Shown in pieces: positions 11,911-24,593 of a stretch of 64,000 nucleotides of DNA. Position numbers and translations under genes: made by a program. The notes under the pieces are model-generated. The model saw only the letters and a list, made by a program, of their open reading frames with translations, made no database searches and was not told the origin of the DNA. The first letter of the stretch is position 1. Each line of letters starts with the position of its first letter. This stretch comes from Azolla caroliniana. Lineage: Eukaryota > Plantae > Polypodiophyta. The stretch spans positions 14,756,001 to 14,820,000 of the forward strand of contig JBHGNT010000018.1 in NCBI GenBank assembly GCA_043228905.1, given 5' to 3'.

Positions 11911-12553
11911 TGTCGCACTTCCGTGCTCGGCCACCACCAAGGAACAGGATCGATTCACAGAAAACGGGAAGTACAAGAATGCACGAAAAACAATAGAGAG
12001 AAGGGTACACTGGATGTTTTACGTGGAAAACCCTAAATGGGAAAAACCACGGGAGTGCAAGACTCCAACTATCACTATGCGCGGGAATGTACAATGGCGA
12101 GCTGCAAGGCGACGACCTTGAGCTCGCTGTCCTCGCCACAGGCGGCGGTATTACACAGAGGCGTCGACCTCTTCCTTCCTCCTTCTCTCTCACTCTCTCT
12201 CGGCTGCTCTCACTTCGCTCCCTCTTAGTGGAAAACAGAAAAAAAATGAGCAACAACATAAACTGTTTGCCCTAAGTCATATTTATACACATATGACTTT
12301 CGGGCTATTTACAAATATAGCCTCAAGGGCTCTTGGCAAACATATTCACAAATATGTCCCCGCATCCGGATCTCCCTCCGGGTCATTCGTCATCCGGCTC
12401 CGTAACCGGGGTCTTCAGCATCCGGCTCCGTAGTCGGGGTATTCATCATCCGGCTCCGTAGCCAGGTTCTTCGTCATCCGGCTCCGTAACCACAACCGGG
12501 CTTGCCGTCATTCATCTCCGGACATCCCATCCGGAGGGACCGAAATCCCAACA
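11911..12553 (-). repeat. 5' LTR of copia A (643 bp)
   Basis: Matches 7182-7795 apart from a few substitutions, one extra A and one extra 28-bp repeat unit. Confidence 0.97.
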
Positions 12554-13087
12554 GTAATTACCTTAAGGACAAAGTCATGTGGCTATCAAGAATGCGTTCC
12601 TCGAGAATCTTCTTCAGGTCTGTCTTCTGCTCTATGTCCAACCTTAGCTTATAGGTAGGCATAGTCCTTGTCTTTCGAGCGGGGCCTTTAGCACCAACCT
12701 TCACGGGCCGAACCATTTCTTCGACTCGTTTGCTCGATTCCCCTTTCCGGCTTGAGTCTCCTTCCTCAGTTTGTAAAGGTTGACTCGTTTCTGCATCTTC
12801 TTTCTTTTTCGTGTTCCTTGTTTCATGTCTTTTTGATGGGCCTTGCTCTTGTATTCTTTTTCTCTTTTCTTCGATGAACACCTCGTGGTTGTCGCACATC
12901 ACTTCCGCAGGTATGGTATTGTCATCCATCGGATCCGACCACCCGGTTATGCTTTGCACGCTTCGGTCCGCAAGCTCTACCTCGTTCAATGTGACCTTCC
13001 CCGTCTTCTCATACTTGAGAACGGAAGACGAAACCTTTGCTCCCACTTTCGCAGCTTCATTTTTGTCTTTCCCGACTCCTATTCCGG

Positions 13088-13185
13088 CCGTTGCAGCATA
13101 GTGCATCGCATCCACATCAGTCGCCTCAACATCTTCCGTTGCAGCATAGTGCATCGCATCCACATCAGTCGCCTCAACATCTTCC
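13088..13185 (-). repeat. Perfect 48-bp in-frame tandem duplication in gypsy gag
   Basis: EDVEATDVDAMHYAAT occurs twice. The sister element near 21110-21165 has a single copy. Confidence 0.92.
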
Positions 13186-13206
13186 ATAGATTTCTTCATT
13201 CCCCCT

Positions 13207-16200
13207 TGTAGAAAGTAACGTGCGGAAGCAAGTATGAAGACGGAACAGAAGGAAGGAAACTCAGGTTCAATGGAGAGCTTGAGCTTACACGGTATACGTA
13301 GGAGAGATAGAGGGAGTGAGAGAGAAGACACAAAAATATATAACAGAAGTACACAATCTCTATTCACCACACTCTATACATATGTGTGTTCCATGAACAC
13401 TTTTATACAAGTCCTCGAAGGACTGACCGAAGTACTGACCGTACTTCAATGCTCTTTAAGAGCTCCTACACTAACTCCCAAATATATTCCTCACGGAATA
13501 TCTTTCCTAACGGCCTCCCGGTTTACGCACTCGGCCTAACCGATCGGTCCCAACCGATCCGGTCCTCGGCTTCTTCAGCCGATCCAGCCGATGTTGAGCT
13601 TGTCTCTGAACACTCCCCCTCAAGCTCAACTTGAGGCTCTTCGGGATCTTCACAGCACCGGTTCCTCCCGGCTTCACGCCTCGCTCGCGCTCCTCGACCT
13701 GTTCGACTCCGCGCGCTTCGACCCTTCCGGTCGGCTTGTCTGCTCATGTGGCCCTTATCAGCTCTTCTGCTGTTGCGGTGTCGACCCTTCTTATGCTGCC
13801 TTTTCTTCCGCTTGGGCCTCGGTTGATTCAACGTGTCTGAATCAAACATCCGAACCGACTTGGCTACCTCCGATCGGTCTTCGCTCTCGTCCGAGTTGGC
13901 TGTCTCCAACTCGTCTTCGGTCTTCTCGCCCTCGATGGCATCATCTTCCCCATGCATGTTTGGCTTCGGCTCTCTCTTTCGGTTGCTCCCCTTCTGTCCG
14001 CTTTTGAACTTTTCCGTGGGTCTGCCCTCGGCTTCTTCAGCCGATCCGAAGTCGAACTCGACAACCGAGTCAACCGACTCGGTGGTGTCGCGGTCTCCGC
14101 TCCTTTCCTGCTGCCTTGCTTGGTCGTTCGGGACTGTTCTCCCCCTCAAGTTTGGCACGTCGAGGTGACACAATCCGAGCGAACCTGAGAATTGCCGCAA
14201 CTTGTCCAAACTAAGAGGCTTGGTGAAGATGTCGGCAGTCTGCCGATCCGTTGGAACGTACTGAAGTTCGACTTCACCAGAAAGGACACGCTCACGGACG
14301 AAATGGTAGTGCACCTGAATGTGCTTGGTCCGTGCGTGTAAAACTGGGTTCTTCACGAGCTAGACGCTGCTGAGGTTGTCGTAGTAGATCGTTGTCGGAT
14401 CTGACACCTCCTCTTGTAGGTCCTTAAGTAGCCACTTCAACCATATGGCTTCGGATGTCGCGACAGCCGCTCCTCGGTACTCAACTTCGGTGCTCGACAG
14501 TGCAACTGTCGGCGGCTTCTTACTACTCCACGCGATCGCGGCACTCCTGAGGGAGCACGCGTATCCGGACGTGGATCGGCGATCGGCGGCGTTGCCAGCC
14601 CAATCAGCATCAATGTAGCCGACTAGCTGCTCGGCTGCACCGGTCCGATATAGCAGTCCGCGGTCCTTAGTGCCGCTTACGTACCGCAGTACGCGTTGCG
14701 CACACTGAAGGTGCTCCTCGGTAGGTCGCGCCATGAACTGACTGATCACCCCGACTGGATAACTGAGGTTGGGTCGGGTGATGGTCAAGTATATGAGGCT
14801 TCCGACAATTTGTCGGAACCTCGTCGGGTCGCATACCTTTCCCGTATCGGGACGAAGCTTGATGGTTATGTCCAGAGGAGTCGAGACGGACTTACAATCG
14901 GCCATCCCGAGTTTGAAGAGCATACCCAGCACGTAATGAAGTTGGCTGATCAATATGCCTTCGGGTGTACGGATCACTTCGATCCCGACGAAGGAATGAA
15001 GGTCCCCCAGATCCTTCATATCGAACGATGCCGCAAGCTGGAGCTTCATGCGGTTGATTTCACCTAGGTCGGCACCGGTGATGACCAAGTCATCGACATA
15101 TAGTAGAATACTAACCGGTCCGAGTCGACCTTTCCGGATGAATAGGGAAGAGTCCGATTTTGACGTGACGAAGCCCATCCGACGCAGTTGTTGCGTGATC
15201 TTCGCGTTCCAGGCACGCGGGGCTTGCTTTAGTCCATAAAGGGACTTCTTCAATCAGCATACTGCCGAGGAGTTCGTTCCGGAGTGAAATCCGGGGGGCT
15301 GTACCATGTACACTTGTTCCTCAAGGTCACCTTGCAGGAACGCATTCTTTACATCCACTTGATGTAGGTGCCACCCCTTGGCCGCGGCCACTGCGAGCAA
15401 AACACGGACGGTCATCATTTTCGCGACCGGCGCAAATGTCTCATCGTAGTCGATGCCGTGTTTCTGTGCGTAGCCCTTTGCCACTAGCCGAGCCTTGTAC
15501 CGGTTGATCGAGCCATCGGTGTTGTACTTGACCTTGTACACCCACCTACACCCGATCGGTTTTACCCCTATTGGTGCGTCAACCAGGTCCCAGGTCTCGT
15601 TCTCTGCCAATGCGTGCATCTCTTCCTCCATCGTGGCACGCCAATTCGCGTCGTTAGCCGCTTCTGCGTAGCTCTCCGGCTCACGCACTTCCGCTACACG
15701 GGTCATGTACGCATAATGATGCTCCATGTACTCGTTGTATCCGAACCACAAAACAGGATTCTTCTGGCGGGTAGATCGGCGTAATCTAGCATTAGCCGAT
15801 GTTGAGGCCTTCTCGGTCGACGCGGTCTTCATCTTTAAAGACCCATCACTGGTTCCCTCGGAGTCGGACTCGCGTCGGTCTAACTCGTTCCTATCCGTGC
15901 CGGAATCCGACACCTTCTTCCCTTTCTCTTTGCGCGTAAGCCGTCTCCTTGGCTTCTTGCGTGGGGAATGCACGGCCGAGTCTCCACTACTCGCCGGCTC
16001 TTCATCGGACTGGTCGTACCGACTCAGTCGTCCAATTGGTCCACTCAACCGGAGTGAAATCGGACTCTCTTCGCGGGTCTCCATTTCGGGCTCATCCGGA
16101 GGCATCTCAGCCTCGCTGACCTCATCGTCAGAGCTCGGATTGGAGTCGAGGTTCGTAGTCGGGGACAGGTACCAGGATGCGGACTCGTCAAACTCAACGT

Positions 16201-18914
16201 CGCGGCTAACACGCGGTTTTTTGATGCGAGGGTTATAGCACTTATAACCCTTCTGCTCGTTCGAGTAACCGACCAAGATGCATTTCTCGGCCTTTGCGTC
16301 CAACTTCCTCCTTTTCTCCTTCGGTACATGCACATATGGAATGTTACCGAACACCTTTAAGTGTCGCAAGTTCGGCTTCGTTCCGAAATATAGCTCGTGC
16401 ATCGACACTTTGTCTCCGATCCGGTTCTGGATGTATACTGCGGTCCTTACCGCCTCGGCCCAGTAGAACTTGGGCAAGCTCTTTTCCTCCAGCATTGCCC
16501 GTGCTGCTTCCACAACTGACCGATTCTTCCTCTCGGCCACGTCGTTCTGCTCAGGCGTGTATCTACAACTGAATTCGCGCCGAATTCCCATTTGTTGTAG
16601 ATAACCGTTAAATTGACCAGAAAAGTACTCTTTCCCGCCATCCGACCGCATGCACTTGATCTTCCGTCCCATTTCCGTTTCCATGAACCCTTTGAGGTCC
16701 CGGAAACAGTCGAAGACTTCGCTCTTCCTCTCAATGAGGTAGATCCATGTATGCCACGTGTGGTCGTCGATGAAGGAGACGCAATATCGGCTCCCGCCAA
16801 GACTAACGTTTTGTGCTGGCCCCCATACATCGGAGTGTATAAGGTCGAGCTTGTTCCGGCTCCGATTTTGCTCGTTTGGGAAAGGAAGTCGGTGTTGCTT
16901 CCCGAGCTAGCAGGCTTCACAAATTTGTGCCTTTCGGTCACTAAATTTGGGCAATCCGAACACTACATGTGTCGATTGCAGATCTTGAAGCCGATGGTGG
17001 TTCACGTGGCCTATCTGCTTGTGCCACAAGTCGATGTCCGACTCGGTTTTTTGTCCCCTCGCGAACATTGCGGTGCCGCCGTCAGTGGAGTCGAGGATGA
17101 ACATCCTCCCGTCTTTGCGCCCTTGCACAATCACATGGCCTTCTTCCTCAATGAAGCACCCGAGGTGTGTAAACCGGACCTCCATCCCTTGGTCGACAAT
17201 CTGTCCGACCGAGACCAAGTTCTTCATGATTGTTGGAACGTGCAGCACGTTCATGAGTTTCCCTTTCTGCTCGACATGGCTAAGGGGAACTTCTCCGACA
17301 TTCGCAATCGGATGCGGAGTGTCGTCTCCAGTTGCGACTACTCCAGGTTGTATCGGTTTTTCAAGGTACGAGAACCACTCCTTATGGCTCGTCATGTGGT
17401 TTGACGCGCCGGAGTCTACGTACCACACCTCGTCCGATCTCGGGGTGCTCTATTTCATTGAGTTTGCTTCGTGTCTCGTCACGAAGACAGACCCTTCTCC
17501 GACTCTCCCGGAGTCTTTGGCATAGTGCGATCGCTGCCGATTTCCCTTGTCGGTATGTCCGGAGCTGTTTCCGGAACCGGTTCTCTTCAAATCGGCGCGC
17601 TTCTTCCAACACTCACTTTCCCTGTGCCTTTTCTTGCCACAGTACCAGCACTCCGCGATAGCCTTCCCTTGCCGGTTCTCATCGCTTCGACTCCCCCTGT
17701 TTCTGGAGGGTCCGGAGTTGCTGTCGGCATCACTTCGGTGCCTTCTTCCTTGATCTTGTCGGCCGCTTCCATTGCGTGCCAACTCGCCTCATCCTCCACG
17801 TCCACGGGGCCTATCTCCCTCCGTGTACAACATTCTGTTGTCGGTGTGCGTGCTTGTAGACGCACCTGCGTGGTTCTCCTCTACCAGGAGCATTGACTGT
17901 AAGTCAATAAAGGACGACGTATTCTCCCGAGTACACACAGCCGTTCGGAATGCTCCGAACTTCGACGCGAAACCTCCGAGACAGATCTGGACCATCTCGC
18001 TCTCCTCGATGTTCACCTCTATGGAGGCGAGGGAGTCGCAGATATCCTTGATCTTCGAGGTATAGTCCGCCACTGACAAGTCACGTTGTCGTAGGTTGCT
18101 CAACTTCTGTCGGAGCTGAAGCTTCCTGGCTGTGGTGCTCGCGGCGAAAATCTTCTTCAGATTTTCCCACGCAACCTTCGGCATCTTTGCATCCCGGACA
18201 TAGCTCAATGGCTAATCGCCCACACACGACGTGAAGCAGTATAGTACCCTGCTCGCCGATTGCTCCCACGACGGGAAGTCTCTGTGTGTCGATTCGGGTG
18301 CCGCATCATTAGCTCCTTCGACATAACTCCAGTACCCGTGCCCGAGCAGGTACTGGTGCATCTTGTAGGACCAAGACGCGTAGTTGGTTCTGTCGAGCTT
18401 CTCTGTTGGAAGCGAGCTCGCCATGCCTCTATCCATCGTTCTTCTCGTTCTTCTTCGTCAAGCTGTGTCGGCTGTAGAGAGGTTCTCAACCCTCGCGCTC
18501 TGATACCATGTAGAAAGTAACGTGCGGAAGCAAGTATGAAGATGGAACAGAAGGAAGGAAACTCAGGTTCAATGGAGAGCTTGAGCTTACACGGTATACG
18601 TGGGAGAGACAGAGGGAGTGAGAGAGAAGACACAAAAATATATAACAGAAGCACACAATCTCTATTCACCACACTCTATACATATGTGTGTTCCATGAAC
18701 ACTTTTATACAAATCCTCGAAGGATTGACCGAAGTATTGACCGTACTTCAATGCTCTTTAAGAGCTCCTACACTAACTCCCAAATATATTCCTCACGGAA
18801 TATCTTTCCTAACGGCCTCCCGGTTTACGCACTCGGCCTAACCGATCGGTCCCAACCGATCCGGTCCTCGGCTTCTTCAGCCGATCCGGCCGATGTTGAG
18901 CTTGTCTCTCAACA
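13207..18914 (-). mobile_element. Full-length Ty1/copia element B
   Basis: TSD CCCCT (13202-13206 and 18915-18919). LTRs 13207-13612 and 18509-18914 are 406 bp each and I count 9 substitutions. iMet PBS at 18497-18508 abuts the LTR. PPT AGCTTGAGGGGGAG at 13613-13626. Confidence 0.97.
13523..18436 (-). pseudogene. Copia B gag-pol, broken by several stops and frameshifts, with a C-terminal extension beyond RNase H
   Basis: [59 protein letters not shown] and HARTKHI. Confidence 0.92.
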
Positions 18915-19960
18915 CCCCTCTTCCGAAATTCACCCGTAGGGGTCTTCGAGTTTCAGTTGAGCAGATCATGTTGTCATCCATGTATACGATATTTTGTCGG
19001 ATCGCCTCTCGAAGGCTCGCACAATCCCTTCTCATGTGGTCCATGCTATCACACCACACACATCTAAAGGGTTCTTTTCCTTTGGAGCCCTGACGATTCA
19101 TGATGGCTAGCGTGACCATCTTGAACTTCTTCGCTAGCTTTTCGATGATGTCGTCATCAATCTTCTTTACTTCCGGGCGACTTTGTTTGGGCGGCTCATC
19201 TACTTTCGATTGTCATGTTTTCTCCGCGACAGTCGATCCCGTGAAGTCGGTGTCATCAACCCACTAACAACGCTTGTCAAGCCTATTGCATGCTTGCTTC
19301 AACGCAACCCAGTTCACCACAAGCCCGTTCGCTTGGGTATCATCTTCGAGGAGAGTACCAAGCTCTCGTCTATCCTTTATATCTATAGCCTTTAGGAAGT
19401 ACAAAGTTTTGTCCTCCTCAAGTAGCACTTGGTCTGTGGTGGGGAGACGACGAAACATTTGGTCGAATTCATCGTACACCCTTGAGGCACTCATCTTCTT
19501 ATTCTTCTTATTCTATCCACTTCATCAAAGCATGTCGAGTCATCCTCGACAAATCTTCCGTCGCGAACTCCGCTAATATCGCTTTCTCGAACTCCAACCA
19601 CGTTGTGTTCCCTTTTTGAAGCTTGATGACACGCCTTTGGATGTTGTTAGCGATCACTCTCTTGAAACTTGTGATTTGACGCGCTTCAGACACGTCCCTT
19701 TGATTCATCTCCCTTTTGTATGCATCAGGGAAATTCGTAATGTTCCTTCCGTCAAATTGACCCTTGAGCTCAACGAGATGGTCGACAACCTTCTCCATGC
19801 TCGCATTATTGTCTCGAGATCTCATCATTTGTTCGATGATCAACATTCTCCTTTCGAACTCTCCTGTTTGATTGCTTGAGGACACCATTTCCAAGTATCG
19901 GTTGATCCTCGATTTGATCCTTCCTACCGCCTCTTTCACATTGGCTTCACCACTTAATTA

Positions 19961-21066
19961 TATCGTGAAGATCCGTCACTATGTGCGGATTGCGAGGCGG
20001 AACCACCGGGGTCCTGAACCGGAAGGATTCGAAGTTTGCACTAGTTTAGCAAGAAGTATTTAAGATAGATTGAAAGAGAGAGATTGATATGGCGAGAGAG
20101 AGAGAGATAGAGAGAGAGAGATTAAGATTGAACCCTTGACTTTAGACTTAAGAAACAAGATACACCATCAATTAGTTAACGAATTTTCTTCCTCTTAATT
20201 TCTTGATTAATACATCGCTGCCTTTTGTCTTTTTCATCCACCCTTTTATAGATGCTCCCATGCATATGATGCATGTGAGGGTACAAAACATGCATACAAT
20301 GCATGGAATGCATGTGATGCATGTTTGCTATTTGGCGCTCATGCACCACATGTCACTCAATTAAGCTCTAATATGAGAATTTGCATGTAAAACTATAATG
20401 ATAGGAAAAAATATTTCTAAGGAAATGACATAGTGTAGTGGTAACTCTATTGATTTCTATCTTGGAGGTGCAAGGTTCAAGTCTTGCTTACATCCCTTTT
20501 TAAGCACAAAATACTATTAGGCTTTTGGACCAGATATCTTTAAAACACCATGCACTGTGATCAACCGACACGACCAATCCGTCTCATTTGCATCCGTTCG
20601 GTTTGGCCCGGTTTGGTCCGCATCCCGAGGTCGCCGGATGTCGGATGCCATCACCGTCCGGTTCCGTCGCCGTCCAAAACCAATGGACTTGGCTACATCC
20701 ATTCGTCAAGTCATTTAACTCATCCTTTCTATTCTCCAGACATAGACACAAAAATAATAGCTTTTGCTCTTGCTTATATATGGTGAGATCCTTATTTGTC
20801 CTGTTTATGTGGGATATCTTATAGTTTATCTTTCTCTTTTCCTTCTCAAACTTCACGTTCACATAACTTGACACTAATTTGTCCATTTCACATGTAGTAA
20901 AATTCATTCGGAAGATCTTGAAGACCTCCATCTTCTCTTACAAATATATTAAGCTGATCTAAAATAGTATCTTCTCTATTATTGTTTTATGTCTCGTGTG
21001 AAGAACCGCACGTGATTTTGTACGTTCCATGCAATTTTCACACCGTTGCCGAAAATCTTCGCGACA
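19961..21066 (-). repeat. 5' LTR of gypsy copy 1 (~1106 bp)
   Basis: Homologous to 22223-23346. Minus-strand TATA (CTATAAAAGG) near 20243-20252. Ends ...CGACA. Confidence 0.9.
20424..20501 (+). other. tRNA-like Pol III cassette inside the gypsy LTR U3
   Basis: A-box TAGTGTAGTGG (20431), B-box GGTTCAAGTC (20474), partial acceptor stem, then a T5 run. Confidence 0.6.
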
Positions 21067-23346
21067 CCGTTCTAGTAGCTTCATTTTTATCTTTTCCGAC
21101 TCTAATTCTAGCCGTTGCAGCATAGTGCATTGCATCCACATGAGTCTCCTCAGCATCTTCCATAGATTTCTTCATTCCCCCTCTTCCGAAATTCACCCGT
21201 AGGGGTCTTCGAGTTTCAGTCGAGTAGATCCTGTTGTCATCCATGTATATGATATTTTGTCGGATCGCCTCTTGAAGGCTCACACAATCCCTTCTCATGT
21301 GGTCCATGCTATCGCACGACACACATTTAAAGGGTTCTTTTCCTTTGGGGCCCCGACGATTCATGTTGGCTAGTGTGACCATCTTGAACTTCTTCGCTAG
21401 CTCTTCGATGATGTCCTCATCAATCATCTTTTATTCCGGGCGGCTTTGTTTGGGCAGCTCATCTACTTTCGATTGTCATGTTTTCTCCGCGACAGTTGAT
21501 CCCATGAAGTCGGTGTCATCAACCCACTAACGACCCTTGTCGAGCCTATTGCATGCTTGCTTCAACGCAACCTAGTCCGCCACAAGCCCGTTCGCTTGGG
21601 TATCATCTTCGATGAGAGTACCTTGTTCTCGTCTATCCTTTATATCTATAGCCTTTAGGAAGTACAAAGTTTTGTCCTCCTCAAGTAGCACTTGGTCTGT
21701 GGCGGGGAGACGACGAAACATTTGTTCGAATTCGTTGTACACCCTTGAGGCGCTCATCTTCTTATTCTTCTTTTCTATCCACTTCATCAAGGCATGTCAA
21801 GTCATCCTCGACAAATATTCCATCGTGAACTCCGCTAATATCGCTTTCTCGAACTCCAACCACGTTGTCTTCCCTTCTTGAAGCTTGATGACACGCCTTT
21901 GGATGTTGTTGGCGACCACTCTCTTGAAACTTGTGATTTGACGCGCTTCAGACACGTCCCTCTGATTCATCTCCCTTTCGTATGCATCAAGGAACTTCGT
22001 AATGTTCCTTCCATCAAATTGACCCTCGAGCTCAATGACACGGTCGACAACCTTCTCCATGCTCGCATTATTGTCTCGAGATCTCATCATTTGTTCGATG
22101 ATCAACATCATCGTTTCGAACTCTCCCGCTTGGTTGCTTGAGGATGCCATCTCCAAGTATCGGTTGATCGTCGATTTGATCCTTCTTGCCGCCTCTTTCA
22201 CGTCGGGTTGACCACTTAATTATGTGGTGAAGATCAGTCACTAGGTGCGGATTGTGAGGCGGAACCACTGGGGTCCTGGACCGGAAGGATTCGAAGTTTG
22301 CACTAGCTTTAGCGAGAAAGGATTTAAGATTGATTGAGAGAGAGATTGAGATAAGATAGAACACTTGACTTTAGATTGAGAGAGATTGATTGAACTCTTG
22401 ACTTTAGATTTGAAGAACAAGATTGATACATAATTTGGATAATGAATTTCTTACTTTTAATTTCTTGATTAATACATCGCTCCCTTTTAATCTTTTTCAT
22501 CCACCCTTTTATAGATGCTCCCATGTATATGATGCATGTGAGGGTACAAGACATGCATACAATGCATGGAATGTATGTGATGCATGTTTGCCATTCGACG
22601 CTCATGCATCACATGTCACTCAATCAAGCTCTAATATGAGAATTGACATGTAAAACTATAATGATAGGAAAAACTTTTTTTAAGGAAATGACATAGTGTA
22701 GTGGTAAGTCTATTGCCTCCTATCTTGGAGGTGTAGGGTTCAAGTCTTGCTTACATCCTTTTTAAAGCACAAAATACTAATAGGCTTTTGGACCAAATAT
22801 CTTTAAAACACCATGCACTGTAATCCGTCTGATTTTCATCCGTTCGGTTTGGCCCGGTTCGGTCCGCATCCCGACCGGATCCATTGTTGTCCGTCACCGG
22901 ATGCCGGACCTGTCGCCGGTCTCGCCGGCCCCGTCGGTTGACGTCGTCGGATCCGTCCAAAACACATAATTATATGCATTTAGCTACATCTATTCATTAA
23001 GTCATACAACTTAACCTTTCTATACTCCATACATAAACACAAGGATAATAGCTTTTGCTCTGTCTTATGTATGGTGGGATCAATATTTGTCTTGTCTATG
23101 TGGGATATCACATTGTTTTATTTTTCTCTTCTTCTTTGCAAACTTCATACCCACATAACTTGACACTTAGATGTATGTTTGTTATGGAGTAAAGTGCATT
23201 TAAAAGCTTTTCAAGATCTCCATCTTTTTGTACGAAGATATTAAAATTATTTACATTATTATTGTTTTATATTGTGTGAAATGAACTACACTCGATTTTG
23301 TACGTTCCATGCAATTTTCACACCGTTGCCAAAAATCTTCACGACA
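21067..23346 (-). mobile_element. Ty3/gypsy copy 2 (same family as copy 1): 5' LTR 22223-23346, Trp PBS and gag; interrupted by copy 1
   Basis: Gag ORFs 21797-22201, 21572-21790 and 21038-21427 are homologous to 19508-19939 and neighbours. PBS TGGTCAACCCGACGTGA at 22198-22214. Confidence 0.9.
22687..22763 (+). other. tRNA-like Pol III cassette inside the gypsy LTR U3 (second copy)
   Basis: TAGTGTAGTGGTAAGT ... CCTCC/GGAGG stem-loop ... GGTTCAAGTC ... TTTTT. Confidence 0.62.
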
Positions 23347-24555
23347 ACATAACTAGTCATGTCTTGTGACTTGATCATTTTTGAAACGATATGTAATCAT
23401 TAGTAAATGCGTTAGTCTATTTATGTACTCTTTGAGACGAAATTCTATTATCAAACCCTTGAAAACTTTGTATTACTAAGTTTGTGTAAGTATTATGATC
23501 CTTCAAGTGCTTGGAAATTGATCTTTTCCATCTCCCTTGAAAAAGAAAAGGAGTTCTAAATGAAAACTAGTTGACTCTCACATTGAATCCACTTATCCCC
23601 CAAAACCTCTTGCATATGCATCAATGCATATGATCTTCCATTGGAATAATATCATGCTTTTCATAGAAAACCACTTCACAATGATATCCTTCTCACTATC
23701 CGCGATTTTATGTTTGTGCATTGAAAATAGGATCATCATGTCTTGGTTGCATTCCATGCACAATCTAACCTCTTTTCCATTACATCGAGTGTCGTGTATG
23801 ACATTTGACCGGGATCTTCCTTCATAAGTTAAAACATTATATATACTAACCTTTTTAGGTTGCCATCTATATGTATCCTAAATATTCTGATTCACCTATG
23901 CTTTCTAACAACCTATAGTTTGTTAGGAATATGTCCCTCCTATGGGAGGTGCCGACTGGTTGGATAGAGAGCCGACAGTCGAGGACAAGGGGTAGCCGAC
24001 TAGTCTGGTTGAGAGTCGATAGTCGAAGACATGGAGAGTCGACTAGGAGAGTTGAACATATAAGAGATCCAAGTCAAAGACACAACCGATTAGTTGGGCC
24101 GACCAGATGGTCGATGACAAGGCCGACTAGTCGAGCCGACTGGACAATCGACATAAGAGTCGGGTAGTCGAAAAGACTAGACGACCAATCAAATGAATAA
24201 TTGTTATTGTCATTAGTATAGTAATAGGAATGAAAGTAGTAGAGGCCACATTTGTAAATAGCCATATTGTGTATAAGTATAAATACACTTAGGGCAAACA
24301 TAGAGATGTAGAAGTAGAACAATAGATACAAATTAGAGTTTCTGTAGCAGAGTGTGTGGGAGAGACCGACGATTAACTTCAGTGAACCTGTTAAGAACCC
24401 TACGTAGTAATCCACTGAGTATCAGAGAAGAGTTGTAACTATTCTTGTATTCTCTAGTATAGTGGAAGATCAATTTTCCCGTTGTCGGGTTGTTGCGCTC
24501 TACGCGTGTGGAAAGAGGCGGGACCGCGGGGGCCTAGTACCAAGGAGCGAGAGAA

Positions 24556-24593
<38 letters not shown>

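Larger units (their letters stand above)
7182..12553 (-). mobile_element. Full-length young Ty1/copia element A (Tnt1/Tork-like)
   Basis: TSD GTAAT (7177-7181 and 12554-12558). Near-identical LTRs, iMet PBS, PPT TGAAGGGGGAGTT (7796-7808) and a gag-PR-INT-RT-RH polyprotein. Confidence 0.98.
6181..21066 (-). mobile_element. Ty3/gypsy copy 1 (Trp-PBS lineage): 5' LTR, gag and protease, with the 3' half deleted; hosts two full-length copia insertions
   Basis: Internal segments 6181-7181, 12559-13206 and 18920-19960 join across the TSDs. Zinc knuckle CVWCDSMDHMRRDC, protease ALIDHGSEINLM, degenerate Trp PBS at 19936-19952 and LTR at 19961-21066. Confidence 0.9.

Noticed and set aside
16613-17404. 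Long antisense ORFs over pol genes
   Set aside because: Shadow ORFs of GC-rich coding sequence with no independent motifs.
20424-20501. Functional tRNA gene
   Set aside because: The acceptor and anticodon arms are imperfect, so it is reported only as a tRNA-like cassette.
23347-23920. Possible host exon or old coding remnant
   Set aside because: No recognisable motif or convincing splice structure, so left unannotated.
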